From positions 73,698 through 137,697 of the forward strand of contig NW_013657660.1 in NCBI RefSeq assembly GCF_000142905.1: 64,000 nucleotides of DNA. Direction: 5' to 3'. The notes beneath the pieces are model-generated. The model was not told where the DNA came from, did no database searches, and worked only from the letters and a program-made list of their open reading frames with translations. The stretch comes from Thecamonas trahens ATCC 50062. Lineage: Eukaryota > Protista > Apusomonadida. Shown piece by piece: positions 33,501 through 43,559 of the stretch (positions are counted from its first letter, which is position 1; each line of letters starts with the position of its first letter). The translations under genes and the position numbers were made by a program.

Positions 33501-36500
33501 GCCGACCTCACCCAGCTCGCCCGGCTTGTCACCTTCCGCGACGAGATTGTTGCTTCGCTCACCTTTGCCACCCACATCGGCATTGTGCTCGGCGACCCGG
33601 TTGTAGCCTCGAATGCCGCCATCTACCTCTGGAACCACTTTCTCCCGATTTTTGACGCCGCTGCCAAGCTCTTTTCCCGCGCCGAGTCCATCGCCCGCGA
33701 CTCGCCGCCGCCGCCGCTCGAAGCCCGCCGCATGCTCGCCTCGGTCCTCGACCCGGTCCTCGCCCTCCTCGCCAAGGACGTGCCCTACTGGGGTGGGCCG
33801 GACTCAGACCCGCCCCCGCGCCTCCCTTCACTCGCTGGCATCATGGACCCGTTTTCGAGCGCGTCGTCGGTGCTGTCGAGCCAGCCACAGGCCAGCACAC
33901 CTCACCCTACAAGCGCCACTCACTCGTCGTCCTCGCTCGACCAGCCGCCGGCGGCCGACACCCTCGGATATTCGGTCCGTGGCCTTGACCTGCTGCCTTT
34001 CCTGGCGGGCTCGACAAACACACCGCCGCAGGCTGTCGGCCTTCTCTTTGCGCAGCTGCACGTCCTCGTCCGCCCGCTCTACGTGGCCTACGCCGGGCTC
34101 GGCGTCATGACCCTCCCGTCGTCGCCGCTTGCCCGGCGCATTGCGTCGCGACCCTGGCTCCGCGCGCCCGAGCCGCGACTCTTCCACGACATCTCCAACG
34201 CTCTCGCCCATGCGCTCTTTGCCTCGGTCGGTCTTGCTGCTGCGCCGCTCGCCGACGCTCTGCCCGTCTCTCTCGCCACCTCGCTCTCTGCATTTCTTCC
34301 CGCATCCAAGACGTACGTGGACGTGGCGCGGACTCTCCTCCGCGCAAACATGCCTGTTGCCGCTGTCGAGGACGCGCAAACATTGCTCTCTTCGCTCGTT
34401 GTTGCTCGCCGGCTAGCAAGCTCCAACGAGCCGCTTGTCGACGCTCGAGCACCCAACAGTCACCCGTTGCTCCCGGTCATCGCCGCCGTCGAGACACTCA
34501 ACTACCCATCGTCGGTCGACGAGCATGCCTCGGTCCTCCGCTCGGCGCTCACGGCGCTCCACGAGGTCTCGCTCCTCGGTGGCGCCTCGGGCCCGCCCGG
34601 CCTCGACACGTCGGCAGCAAGCATCGCGCCATCACCCAGTGGCGGGCGGCCCAAGTCGCGGGCAGCGAGCTCGCCTAGTCCTGGTCCGCCGCGCGGCCCC
34701 GCACCGCTCCCGCCGCCCGCGCTGGTGGGTCAGCTCTACGTCCGCGCCGCCCGTGCCGCTCTTGACCTCACAGCCTATCCGATTTCCCTCCTTGCTGCCC
34801 GGCGTGGCCTGGTGCTTCTGCTGGGCAGCGACGGCGCACCGGCGCTCGTCGCGCTCGCCCATATGGTCATGGGCGAGGCCACGCTTGGCCTCATCTCACC
34901 ACGCCATCGGCTGTCGCGGCAGAATCGGGCGCGGACCTTTGCGCTCGAGCAGTTTGTGGCCGCTGCGAGGCTCGGCAAGGCCCACGCCAACCTTGACACG
35001 GTCCTCACCGCCGCCACACACTTTTGGAACCTTGTGCCGGCCTTTGTCACCTCGCTCTCGCTTGTCCGGGTCCTTCTCCCGCAGCTTCAGGAGGTCATCA
35101 ACTCGCTCCTTGCCTTTGACCGCAGCATCGCGTCGTTGCAGCTAGTTGTCTCACTCTTTCGCCTCTCGTTTGAGTGCTACGCCCGGCTCGGGATGTGGGA
35201 CGACGGACTCTCGGCCGTCGCCGTCTACCTCTCAACTGTCTCGGTCAAGTTCCACGACCTCATCTGGCGCGAGCGCATTCTTTTCAAGTCCAAGTCTGGC
35301 AAGGACTTGCGGCCAGAACTCTCCAAGATCATCGACCTCGATCCAACCATTCAGGCCCAGATCTGGCTGACCCTCGCGCGGGCGGCCTCGCAGCCTGCCG
35401 CCCGCATGGCCGCTTACCACAAGGCCATTGAGGTCTTTGAGCGAGAGCCGTGGCGCAAGGTCGACATCTTGGTCGAGTTTGCTCAGTTTCTGTACGAGAC
35501 GCACGCGGACGGCCTCGATATCACTGACGTGCTGGAGGAGGCGGCCGACCTCTTGCTCGACTTGGTCTCTGACGAGCAGCGTGCGCGACGCAACTCGGTG
35601 GCAGAGCTGCATCTGTTCCGACTCGGCTCGAGTGGCGCCAAGTCCGAGAGCCAGCAAGCCCGCGTTCCACCCAAGCTCTCGGCCTCGCAGCTCGAGATCC
35701 TCGGCCGCATCCACACTATGCTCCACATTGTGAGCACCGATGCCGCCGCCGCTGTCGACTTTGCGCTCATGGCGCAGCACTTTTTCGAGCAGCTCTATGC
35801 CGCCGCCGCCGACCACGCCCGCGCGCTCCTCGAGGCCCTCGTTGCCGCCTACCCGCAGCTTGCCCCATCCGACTCGGCCGACCGCGTCGAGGCTGCCGAG
35901 TCGGAGCCGCCCAAGGAAAAGGCAAAGGCCAAGTCAAAGGACAAGGACAAGGAGCGCGAAAAGACAAAGGCAAAGGCTCGCAACTCCCGCCGTGCTGCCC
36001 TCGAAGCCACGGCGTCGACCTCGTCGTTTGCGCCCGACGCCACTGCAGCCGCAGCCGCTTCGGAAGCCTACGACGCACTTTGCACAGCGCTCGACAAGTT
36101 TGGACTTCCCGACTCGGTCTACGGTTGGCTCACCGCGCCGCTCGCCAGTGAGTTTGCAGATGCGCTCACTGCCGCCGCCGCGGTCCTCGCTGACGTGGGC
36201 TCTGCCCCCGGGGGTGCGAGCGGCCTGGCTGCCGGCGACTCGCTCGTCTCGCTCGACGAGGCCGCCACCGCTGCCGACGGCAACAGCGCCGCCTCGCCAG
36301 CAGACGCCTCCGCGCACGCTGCGCTGCCTATTGCTGCGCCGCAGCTGACGTTGTACTACATCAACGCGCTCATCGAGTTTCTGGAGCAGGCTGGATACTC
36401 GTTCCACGTGCTCCCGCTCATCCATCTCGTCCACCTCCTCGGCTCTGTTGCTGGCGAGTCGCGGGCGTACCTGCAGTGGAACCGCCAGCGGCTTGCCAAG

Positions 36501-39500
36501 CAGCTGGAGACGCTCAATCTCGCAGACCTTGCCGCCGATCTCCGGATCCGGCCGGTGCAGCTCGCACTCGACAACGCAGTCAAGATGGAGCACGCCGACG
36601 TCATCCACCAGGAGCGCGAGCTCCGCAAGTTTGCCGAGACCCGCCCATTGCACTCGGTCCTCAAGTCGTCGAGCCGCAAGACGGGAGACGTCGTCAGCGC
36701 TAGCACAAACCGCACGCTCCTTGAGCTCGAGCCGGTCACGCCGATGCGGTCGGTGTGGGTGCTCAAGGGCGACTCGCTTGCCAGCGATGGTGCGTACGAC
36801 CTTGCGGTCCCGCTCTACAACGCTGCCCTCGATCACGCTCGCGCCTTTGGGGACGAGCTTGTGCTTGGGCTCGCCTACAATGGGCTTGCCCGCGTTGCCC
36901 TCGCCCGTGCCCGCATCCTCGGCACCTGCGGCTCGGGCCCAAACGCCCGGACCCAGCTCAAGACTGCCGACAAGGAAGACGGCGTCGCCTCCGACTTTAT
37001 CGACCAGGGTATCGAGTACGCGATGCTTGCTCGCGGCACGGCTGGTACAGCCAAGTTCTGGCTGGACAACTCGACGCTGCTGGCAGACTTGCTATGCGAG
37101 GCCGCCCCGTCGCCGCGGTTTGCCGAAGCGCTCGCCATTCTCGGCGAGACCGTCGACATCCTCACCGAGGCCTCACGGGGCGTCCAAGCCGGAAAGGCCC
37201 TCCTTGACACCGCCATTGCGCTTGTCCGCCGGCACGAGGGCAGAGTCCACCTCGCCGCTGCGCTCACTGCCGACTCGGGCTCGCCAGACCCGGCCCGGCT
37301 CGATGCTGCACTTGCCGCCTTTGACGACGCAGTTGTCCTGCTCAAGGCGCTCGGCGGTGCGCATGCGCTCCTCGCACACACGCTTGTCGAGTATGCGCAG
37401 GTGCTGCAGCTCAAGTCGGGGACGAGCCTTGGCCAGTTTGAGGCCGTTGGCAAGGTGCTGGAGGAGGCCGAGGCTCAGGCAGCGGCGTGGTACGCCGCGG
37501 TCTCGGTCCAGGCCAGCGGTCCGCTCGCGGTCCGGGTCTCGCTCCCGGCCGCCCGCGCGCTGGCCGAGCTCAAGCTCGCTCTCGGCAAGACGCTCGTGTC
37601 CATTGTCGGCCTTCGCCCATCGCCCGAAGACGCGTACGCCGACTTTCCGACGGTGGTCGCAAAGTACTTGCTTGAGACGATGGAGCTCGAGACGCCCGAG
37701 CAGATCCTGCCGGCCCAGGAGCGGGCACTCATCCACATGTCGTCGGCATACAACCTGGCGCCGGTCCCGGGCCTCGCCTCGCGCGCTGCTCTCTGCCTCG
37801 GTCGCACCCTACTTGACATTGCTGTCCGCCGCGGCTACCTCATCCTTCAGTGGGGCGAGCCCGAGTCGGACGACGACGACGAGTCGGATCTCGACCGCTC
37901 GAGCTCGAACTCGTCAGCTGACGAGAGCGAAGAGCAGTCTGATGACGGCGACGGCGACGGCGACGACGACGATGCTGATGACGACGAAGATGACGACAAC
38001 GACGACGAAGGCGACGAAGGCGACGATGGCGACGACGACGACAATGACGACGACGATGACGACGATCCTGTCGACAGCAATGGCCGCCGCGTGGTACGTA
38101 AGATGGACGCGTCGATTCGTGTCCTCGCTCGCGAGCAGGAACACCTGTACCTGGTCGACCAGGCCGCTCAGTACCTCAAGCTTGCCGTGGTGGGCGCGCT
38201 GGCGGCGGAAGCATGGGAGGTTGCGCGCGAGGCGTGCCTCCACCTTGTGCATCTGCATGGCGTGCTTGATCCGGAGGCGTGTGCCCTGTTTTGCCTCCTC
38301 GCGCAGTGCGTCGAGGTGCGGATGCAGGCCGAAGAGCTTGTAGTGGCAGCTGCCGACGTCCGCGACCCGAACGCGATGCTGCTGCGGCAGCGGCAGGAAC
38401 AGCGGAAGCACTCGCTGATCGGCACTGTTCCGCCGCTGGCCGAGCACGATGCAGTCGCGGCCGCACTTGGGCGGCAGAGCGAGTCGTGGCGGGCGCTAGA
38501 GCTCTCGGTCGAGAACCTTGATTTGTTTGGGCCGCCGGCCAATGCTCTGGCGCGGATGCTAGAGCCGCTCGGCAACAGCTTGCTCGTTGTGGCGCATGTC
38601 GGCTCGCTCGACGGCGTTTGGCTGTACTCGGTGGTCGCCGCCGCCGGCGGCGGCTCGCGGGCGAGGGTGGTGCGGAGCAAGCGGAGCGGCGCGCAGCTGT
38701 TGGCGGCCGAAAAGGCATGTGCCGCGCTCGACTTACATCTGCGGCGTGGCCTTCTCAAGGAAGACAACGAGTTCCACCTGGCTACGCCCGGTCCGGCTCA
38801 GAGCGAGGCAGCGGCCGCGCCCGAGCCGGTAGCCAAGTCCTCGGGTGCATCGGGCTCGGCGCGGGGCTCGGGCTCCTCGCGAAGCCGTCGGTCGCGGACA
38901 AGCGCACCCAGTGCGGCAGCGGACAAGGGCGAGAAAGCGCCTGCCGCTGCAGTTGTGGACCCGATCAAGGTTGTGCGGGCGATGGCAAGCGGCCGGGTAA
39001 GCAACCCGCAGGCGTCCGCCGACGAAAAGGCGTGGAGCGAGCTGCTTGACGCGCTCAACGCGTGGTCACTGGAGAGCGGTCTTGTGGCTGCCGTCCACGA
39101 GGCGTGCGTCCATCGGACGTGTTCGACGTTTGAGAGCGTGGTAGTGTTGGCGCCCGAGGCGCTGTCGATGCTGCCATGGGAGGCGTTGGCGGTGTTTAGC
39201 GCGCTCCCGCTCCTCTGCGACGAGGTGGCGGCACTCGGTACCGTCGGCGTTGCACGCGAGTTCTCGGTCGGGCTCTTGCTCGCGGCGCTGAGGTCGCCGA
39301 TCCTCGGCGCAGAGGTCGAGACCAGCGCCGGAGCTGGGCTAACGACAGGATCATCAGGATCGCGGCGGAGCGGCAGTGTGGCGGGCGGGCCGCGAGGGAG
39401 TGTCGACAAAAACTCGGTGACGTATGTTGTCGACCCACTCAACGAGCACCACGTACACGAGGCCTTGCTGCCCGCTGCCGCGCGTGACTCGAGTCCGCCA

Positions 39501-40225
39501 GCAGTACCGGCGGCGACGCCCAAGTCGGCCGTGCCGCCGCGGCTGGCCGGGATGCGGGCAGCGTCACGGGCTGTGTCGCGGGCGGGCGAGAGCGGCAGCA
39601 GCGGCGGGTGGACTGACGTGGCGATGACAGTCATGTGCGACGGCTGGCGCGAGGCTTTGGCGAGCCACGGGCAGACGACGCGGGCGTGGTCCGGCGTCCT
39701 CGGCGATGAAGCCGGTGTCGGCGTCGAGCAGTGGCAGAGACTGCTGGTGCAACACGCCGATGGCGCGTTTGTCTACTCGGGCCTTGGCAGTATGTTCTCG
39801 TACCTACCGCTGTCGGCAGTGCTCTCACTCAACCTCTCATCGCTCCATGCGGCCATCCTGCTCGACCAGGTCCGAACCGAAGAGTCGCTTCTCCGCGAGC
39901 GGCAGGCGCTGCTGCGGACAGCAAAGGCAGCTGAGCGGCGCGCTCTCAAGTCGCCGTACCTCGCTGCACTCGCACTGCGCATCACCGGCATCTCGTGCGT
40001 TGTCACCAACGCGCGGAGCACGGCGTACCCGCCAACCACGCTCTCCTCGTCTCGCTCCTCCGCTCGCTACCATCGCGTCCGCTCGCCCGGGTCCTTGCCG
40101 ACTTTCGCGCCCTCGCCCGCAGCGGGGCCAAGGCCGGCACCCCCAACGAGGATCCCCGGAGCTGGAAGGCGGCGCTGCTCCACAGCGCTGTGGTGTATGG
40201 CTGGGCCGGCTGGGGCTGGAAGTGA
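30576..40225 (+). CDS. CFAP46: Cilia- and flagella-associated protein 46 (central-pair C1d projection, TTC40), ~3,200 aa, apparent frameshift at ~40029
   Basis: The N-terminus matches CFAP46: DVFVEAA…SCLLTYF…NKFLAKAH…PRYHFLLYNGSVYWWRLARPLVVPGFRHLLLPS…EPDLAWRARLM, and IIEAGAVCIWNLVLPLLQPNLR. TPR-like helices follow. The C-terminus LPWEAL…VAREFS…YVVDP continues in the -1 frame (ANHALLVSLL…AVVYGWAGWGWK*). Confidence 0.9.
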
Positions 40226-40553
40226 TGACAGAGAAAGCAACAAGCCATTGTGTACCCACGACTTGTTATGCAAGCCCATCATGCGATGGACATAAAGCGC
40301 GCATCATGCTCCAATCCGGGAAGGTGATGCCCGGGCAGAGTGCTGGCAAGGCTGGCGTGGCTCGACGTGTCACTCGCCCAATCGATCCCGGGCGACCTTC
40401 TCCCCCCCCTCCCCACCCCCTTCCTTCTCCAGACCCTCCGCCTCCCTCCCCTCACTGCACCAACCAGGCTACCACCCACTTCCACCCCCTCCACCCCGCA
40501 CAAGCCTCATCTCCAGCCACTCCACCCCCACCCCCCAACCCCCACCCCCCACC

Positions 40554-41738
40554 ATGTCGGACTCCGAGTCGCTGTCGGACGAGGCCTCCGGGCTGTCGTC
40601 GTCGTCGTCGCCGTGTGAAGAGGACGAGATGAGCTCGTCAAGCTCGTCGAGCTCATCTGGATCTATGACAGGCGAGCGGATTGGACTGGTGGACAAGACA
40701 GGAACACCCGTGGGACCGCCCGAGGGCTCGCCGGAGAAGGCCATGGCGTACCTCTACTACACCGAGAGCTCGCAGTGGCACTCGCAGGAGATGGAGGTCA
40801 TTGTCTCGTCGCGGCCGTTCCAGAAGGGCGGCATGCGGCAGGCGTTCAAGATCGTCAACGTCAAGAACGGCGACGTGTTTGTGGGAAAGCGGTACTACTC
40901 GCACGAGCGGGCATCGGACGAGATGTACTACCAGGACGTGAGTCTGCAGTCGTACTGCCAGCTGTGGGCAACGTCGTACAACGCAGAGCCCAACATTCCC
41001 AAGAAGGTCACTTTTGTCCGTACATGGGTCCTTCGTCTTGTCGAGCGCGATTGCATGCCGCTCTTCTCGTGCGAGCCGATGCTCTGCGGTCCGTTCCGCA
41101 AACAGAACTCGAACACCGGGTGGCTCGACGAGTCGCGCAACACGCCGCAAGCCTTCTCGCACTACACCTACGAGCGCTCGGGTCGCAAGCTGGTCATCGT
41201 CGACATCCAGGGCGTCGAGGACTACTACACCGATCCGCAGATCCACACCGTCGACGGCAACGACTTTGGGAAGGGCAACTTTGGCACCGAGGGCATCGAC
41301 AACTTTGTCGAGACTCACAAGTGCAACGCCATTTGCCGCGGTCTCGGCCTCCCGGTCTTTGGCGCCCGTGACATCAACGTCGGCACCCAGATGGCGTGGT
41401 CGGCCCGGCCAGAAATCCTGCCAGTCGCCCTCTCGTCTTCGATCTCCCAGGCCGGCCTGGCTCTCCTCGAGGCGACCACCAACGACGAGAGTGGCGCCGG
41501 GCCATCCGAGTCGCCGCAGGCTGTCGGCCGCCCCAGCTCCGCCATTCGCGAGCGCTCACGCTCCCGCGAGCGGGACCCCGATCCGCACGCCCAGCCCATG
41601 GTCTACGTCCGTGACGCCAAGCGCAAGACCGGCAAGTACCATATGCAGGCCGGCCATTTTAACTCGTACCAGACGATTCCGCTCACCACTGCTACCGAGC
41701 AGGGTCGCACCGCGTGCAAGAGCTGCTGCGATTCATAG
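40554..41738 (+). CDS. Alpha-type protein kinase (eEF2K/myosin heavy chain kinase family)
   Basis: PFQKGGMRQAF, FVGKRY, EPMLCGPFRKQNSNTG, TPQAFSHYTYERSG, VDIQGV, YTDPQIHT, FGKGNFG, HKCNAIC (zinc site). Confidence 0.95.
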   Translation: MSDSESLSDEASGLSSSSSPCEEDEMSSSSSSSSSGSMTGERIGLVDKTGTPVGPPEGSPEKAMAYLYYTESSQWHSQEMEVIVSSRPFQKGGMRQAFKIVNVKNGDVFVGKRYYSHERASDEMYYQDVSLQSYCQLWATSYNAEPNIPKKVTFVRTWVLRLVERDCMPLFSCEPMLCGPFRKQNSNTGWLDESRNTPQAFSHYTYERSGRKLVIVDIQGVEDYYTDPQIHTVDGNDFGKGNFGTEGIDNFVETHKCNAICRGLGLPVFGARDINVGTQMAWSARPEILPVALSSSISQAGLALLEATTNDESGAGPSESPQAVGRPSSAIRERSRSRERDPDPHAQPMVYVRDAKRKTGKYHMQAGHFNSYQTIPLTTATEQGRTACKSCCDS

Positions 41739-41754
41739 CCAAAAGCAACTTTCA

Positions 41755-42211
41755 ATGCGGTCGTGCCGGCGAGACTCGCGTCCACCTGACTCTGCTCTTG
41801 CACTGCGTCACAAAGAAAGTATGTTGGTGAGAGAGGCGGGCACGGCTACAGCGCATGACGCCGAGTAGCAGATGGGGCATGACATGCTGTGGAAGCAGGA
41901 GGCTAGCGGGCTGTTGTCGTCCATGGTGGCGAGGAGGGGGAGGCGAGGGGAGGCTGAGCGTGCGCCTGACTTGCTTGCGAAAGGCTCGTTTTTCGCCAGA
42001 ATCAGGATTTTTTCGGCTGAACGGCCGATCCTGGCTGGGCATGAGATTGGGGCGGAGGCGGCAGAGGGAGAGAAGAGGACTCATGCCTGCTGGCTGATAC
42101 TGTAGTGTCTCATCCTATCGCCGGACTTGCGCTTGCGCTCGAGCGCGAGGAGTTTGACGACCCGGCCGAGTTTGAGTTTGAAGAGGAGGAGGAGGAGGAC
42201 GACGACGGCGC

Positions 42212-42270
<59 letters not shown>

Positions 42271-42346
42271 ATGATGTCGATGATGACGACGATGAGGATG
42301 ACGACGAGGATGTTGACGAGGATGACGATGTGGATGAGGATGAGGA

Positions 42347-42389
<43 letters not shown>

Positions 42390-42400
42390 GAGGATGAGGA

Positions 42401-42440
<40 letters not shown>

Positions 42441-43487
42441 GAGATTGTGATCGACGAGTCAAAGGAGGCTGAGGCGGACGATGCCGATGCTGACGACGAC
42501 GACGACTATGCTGACGACGATGCCGATGCCGAGGAGGAGGAGGAGGTCGAGGCCGACGCCGACGCCGATGTGGTGGCGCCGGCCAAGATGAGCGCGGCCG
42601 AGAAGGCGTACAAGCGCGAGCGGGCCAACTCGGACGCGTCAAACGAGTCGATTGGATTCATTGTGGATGTGCCGACGTACGCGGACGGAGACTGGAAGGC
42701 GATGCAGCGCGACGCGCGGGCGTACGCGTCGCAAGCCGACCAGCTGATGACGCGGTCCAAGTTTGGGCAAGCGGCCGAGGCGTTCTCGCGCGCCTCGATT
42801 GTGCGCGGCTACTACATTAACGCCAAGCGGGCGGCGATTCGCGGCGAGATGGCTGCGCGGGCGCAGGCCATGTCGGAGACCAAGAAGAGCTGGAAGCAGC
42901 GCCGCGAGGAGCTGCAGCTGGGACTCGCTGCCAAGCGTGAGGAGCGCCGCGCCGCCCGCGAGGCCGACGAGCGCGAGCAGAACCTGCGGATGCGCGAGGA
43001 GCGCGAGCAGCGCCGCATCGAGCGCGAAGCTGCCGCTGAGCGCCGCGCTGCCCGTCAAGCCGAGGAAATGCGCATCGTCGCCACTGAAAAGGCTGCCATC
43101 CAGCGCGACGCCCGCGTCCGCGCAGATTCGATTCGCCGTGAGCACGCGCTGGCCAAGGCCGGCGTCGTCGCTGCAGATCCCGTGCCCGTTGACCTTGACG
43201 ATGACGCCGACGAGCCCGTTGACGACGTTGACGATGAGGATGCGGATGAGGATGCGGATGAGGATGCGGACGAGGATGCGGATGAGGATCAGGATGCAGA
43301 CGAGGATGAGGATGTGGATGTGGACGACGCCGACGACGACGACGACGACGATGACGACGATGATGATGAAGACAACGATGACGACGACGACGATGATGAG
43401 GACGATGACGACGACGACGACGCCGACGACGACGACGACGATGACGACGACGACGATGACGACGACGACGATGACGACGACGAGTAA
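41755..43487 (+). CDS. Extremely acidic protein: poly-Asp N- and C-terminal tracts around an E/R-rich helical core; join(41755 or 41818..41818,42106..43487)
   Basis: The 460-codon ORF starts at GTG directly over a CTGATACTGTAG acceptor. A GTATGT donor at 41819 splices A|TG TCT CAT CCT in frame, and an upstream in-frame ATG lies at 41755. Confidence 0.75.
41819..42105 (+). other. Spliceosomal intron (phase 1, splits an ATG)
   Basis: GTATGT donor, branch-like GCTGAT and TAG acceptor. Confidence 0.7.
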
Positions 43488-43559
43488 AATACATTTTCCC
43501 CGCACCCATCTATCAAAAAAGGGCGGGTGTGATGTTCAATAGCGCTACTCAACCCAAGG

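Noticed and set aside
40030-40295. Listed C-terminus of CFAP46 (PPTTLSSSRSS…MRWT)
   Set aside because: Out-of-frame tail after a one-base deficit; the -1 frame ending at 40225 gives the helical, VVYG-containing terminus
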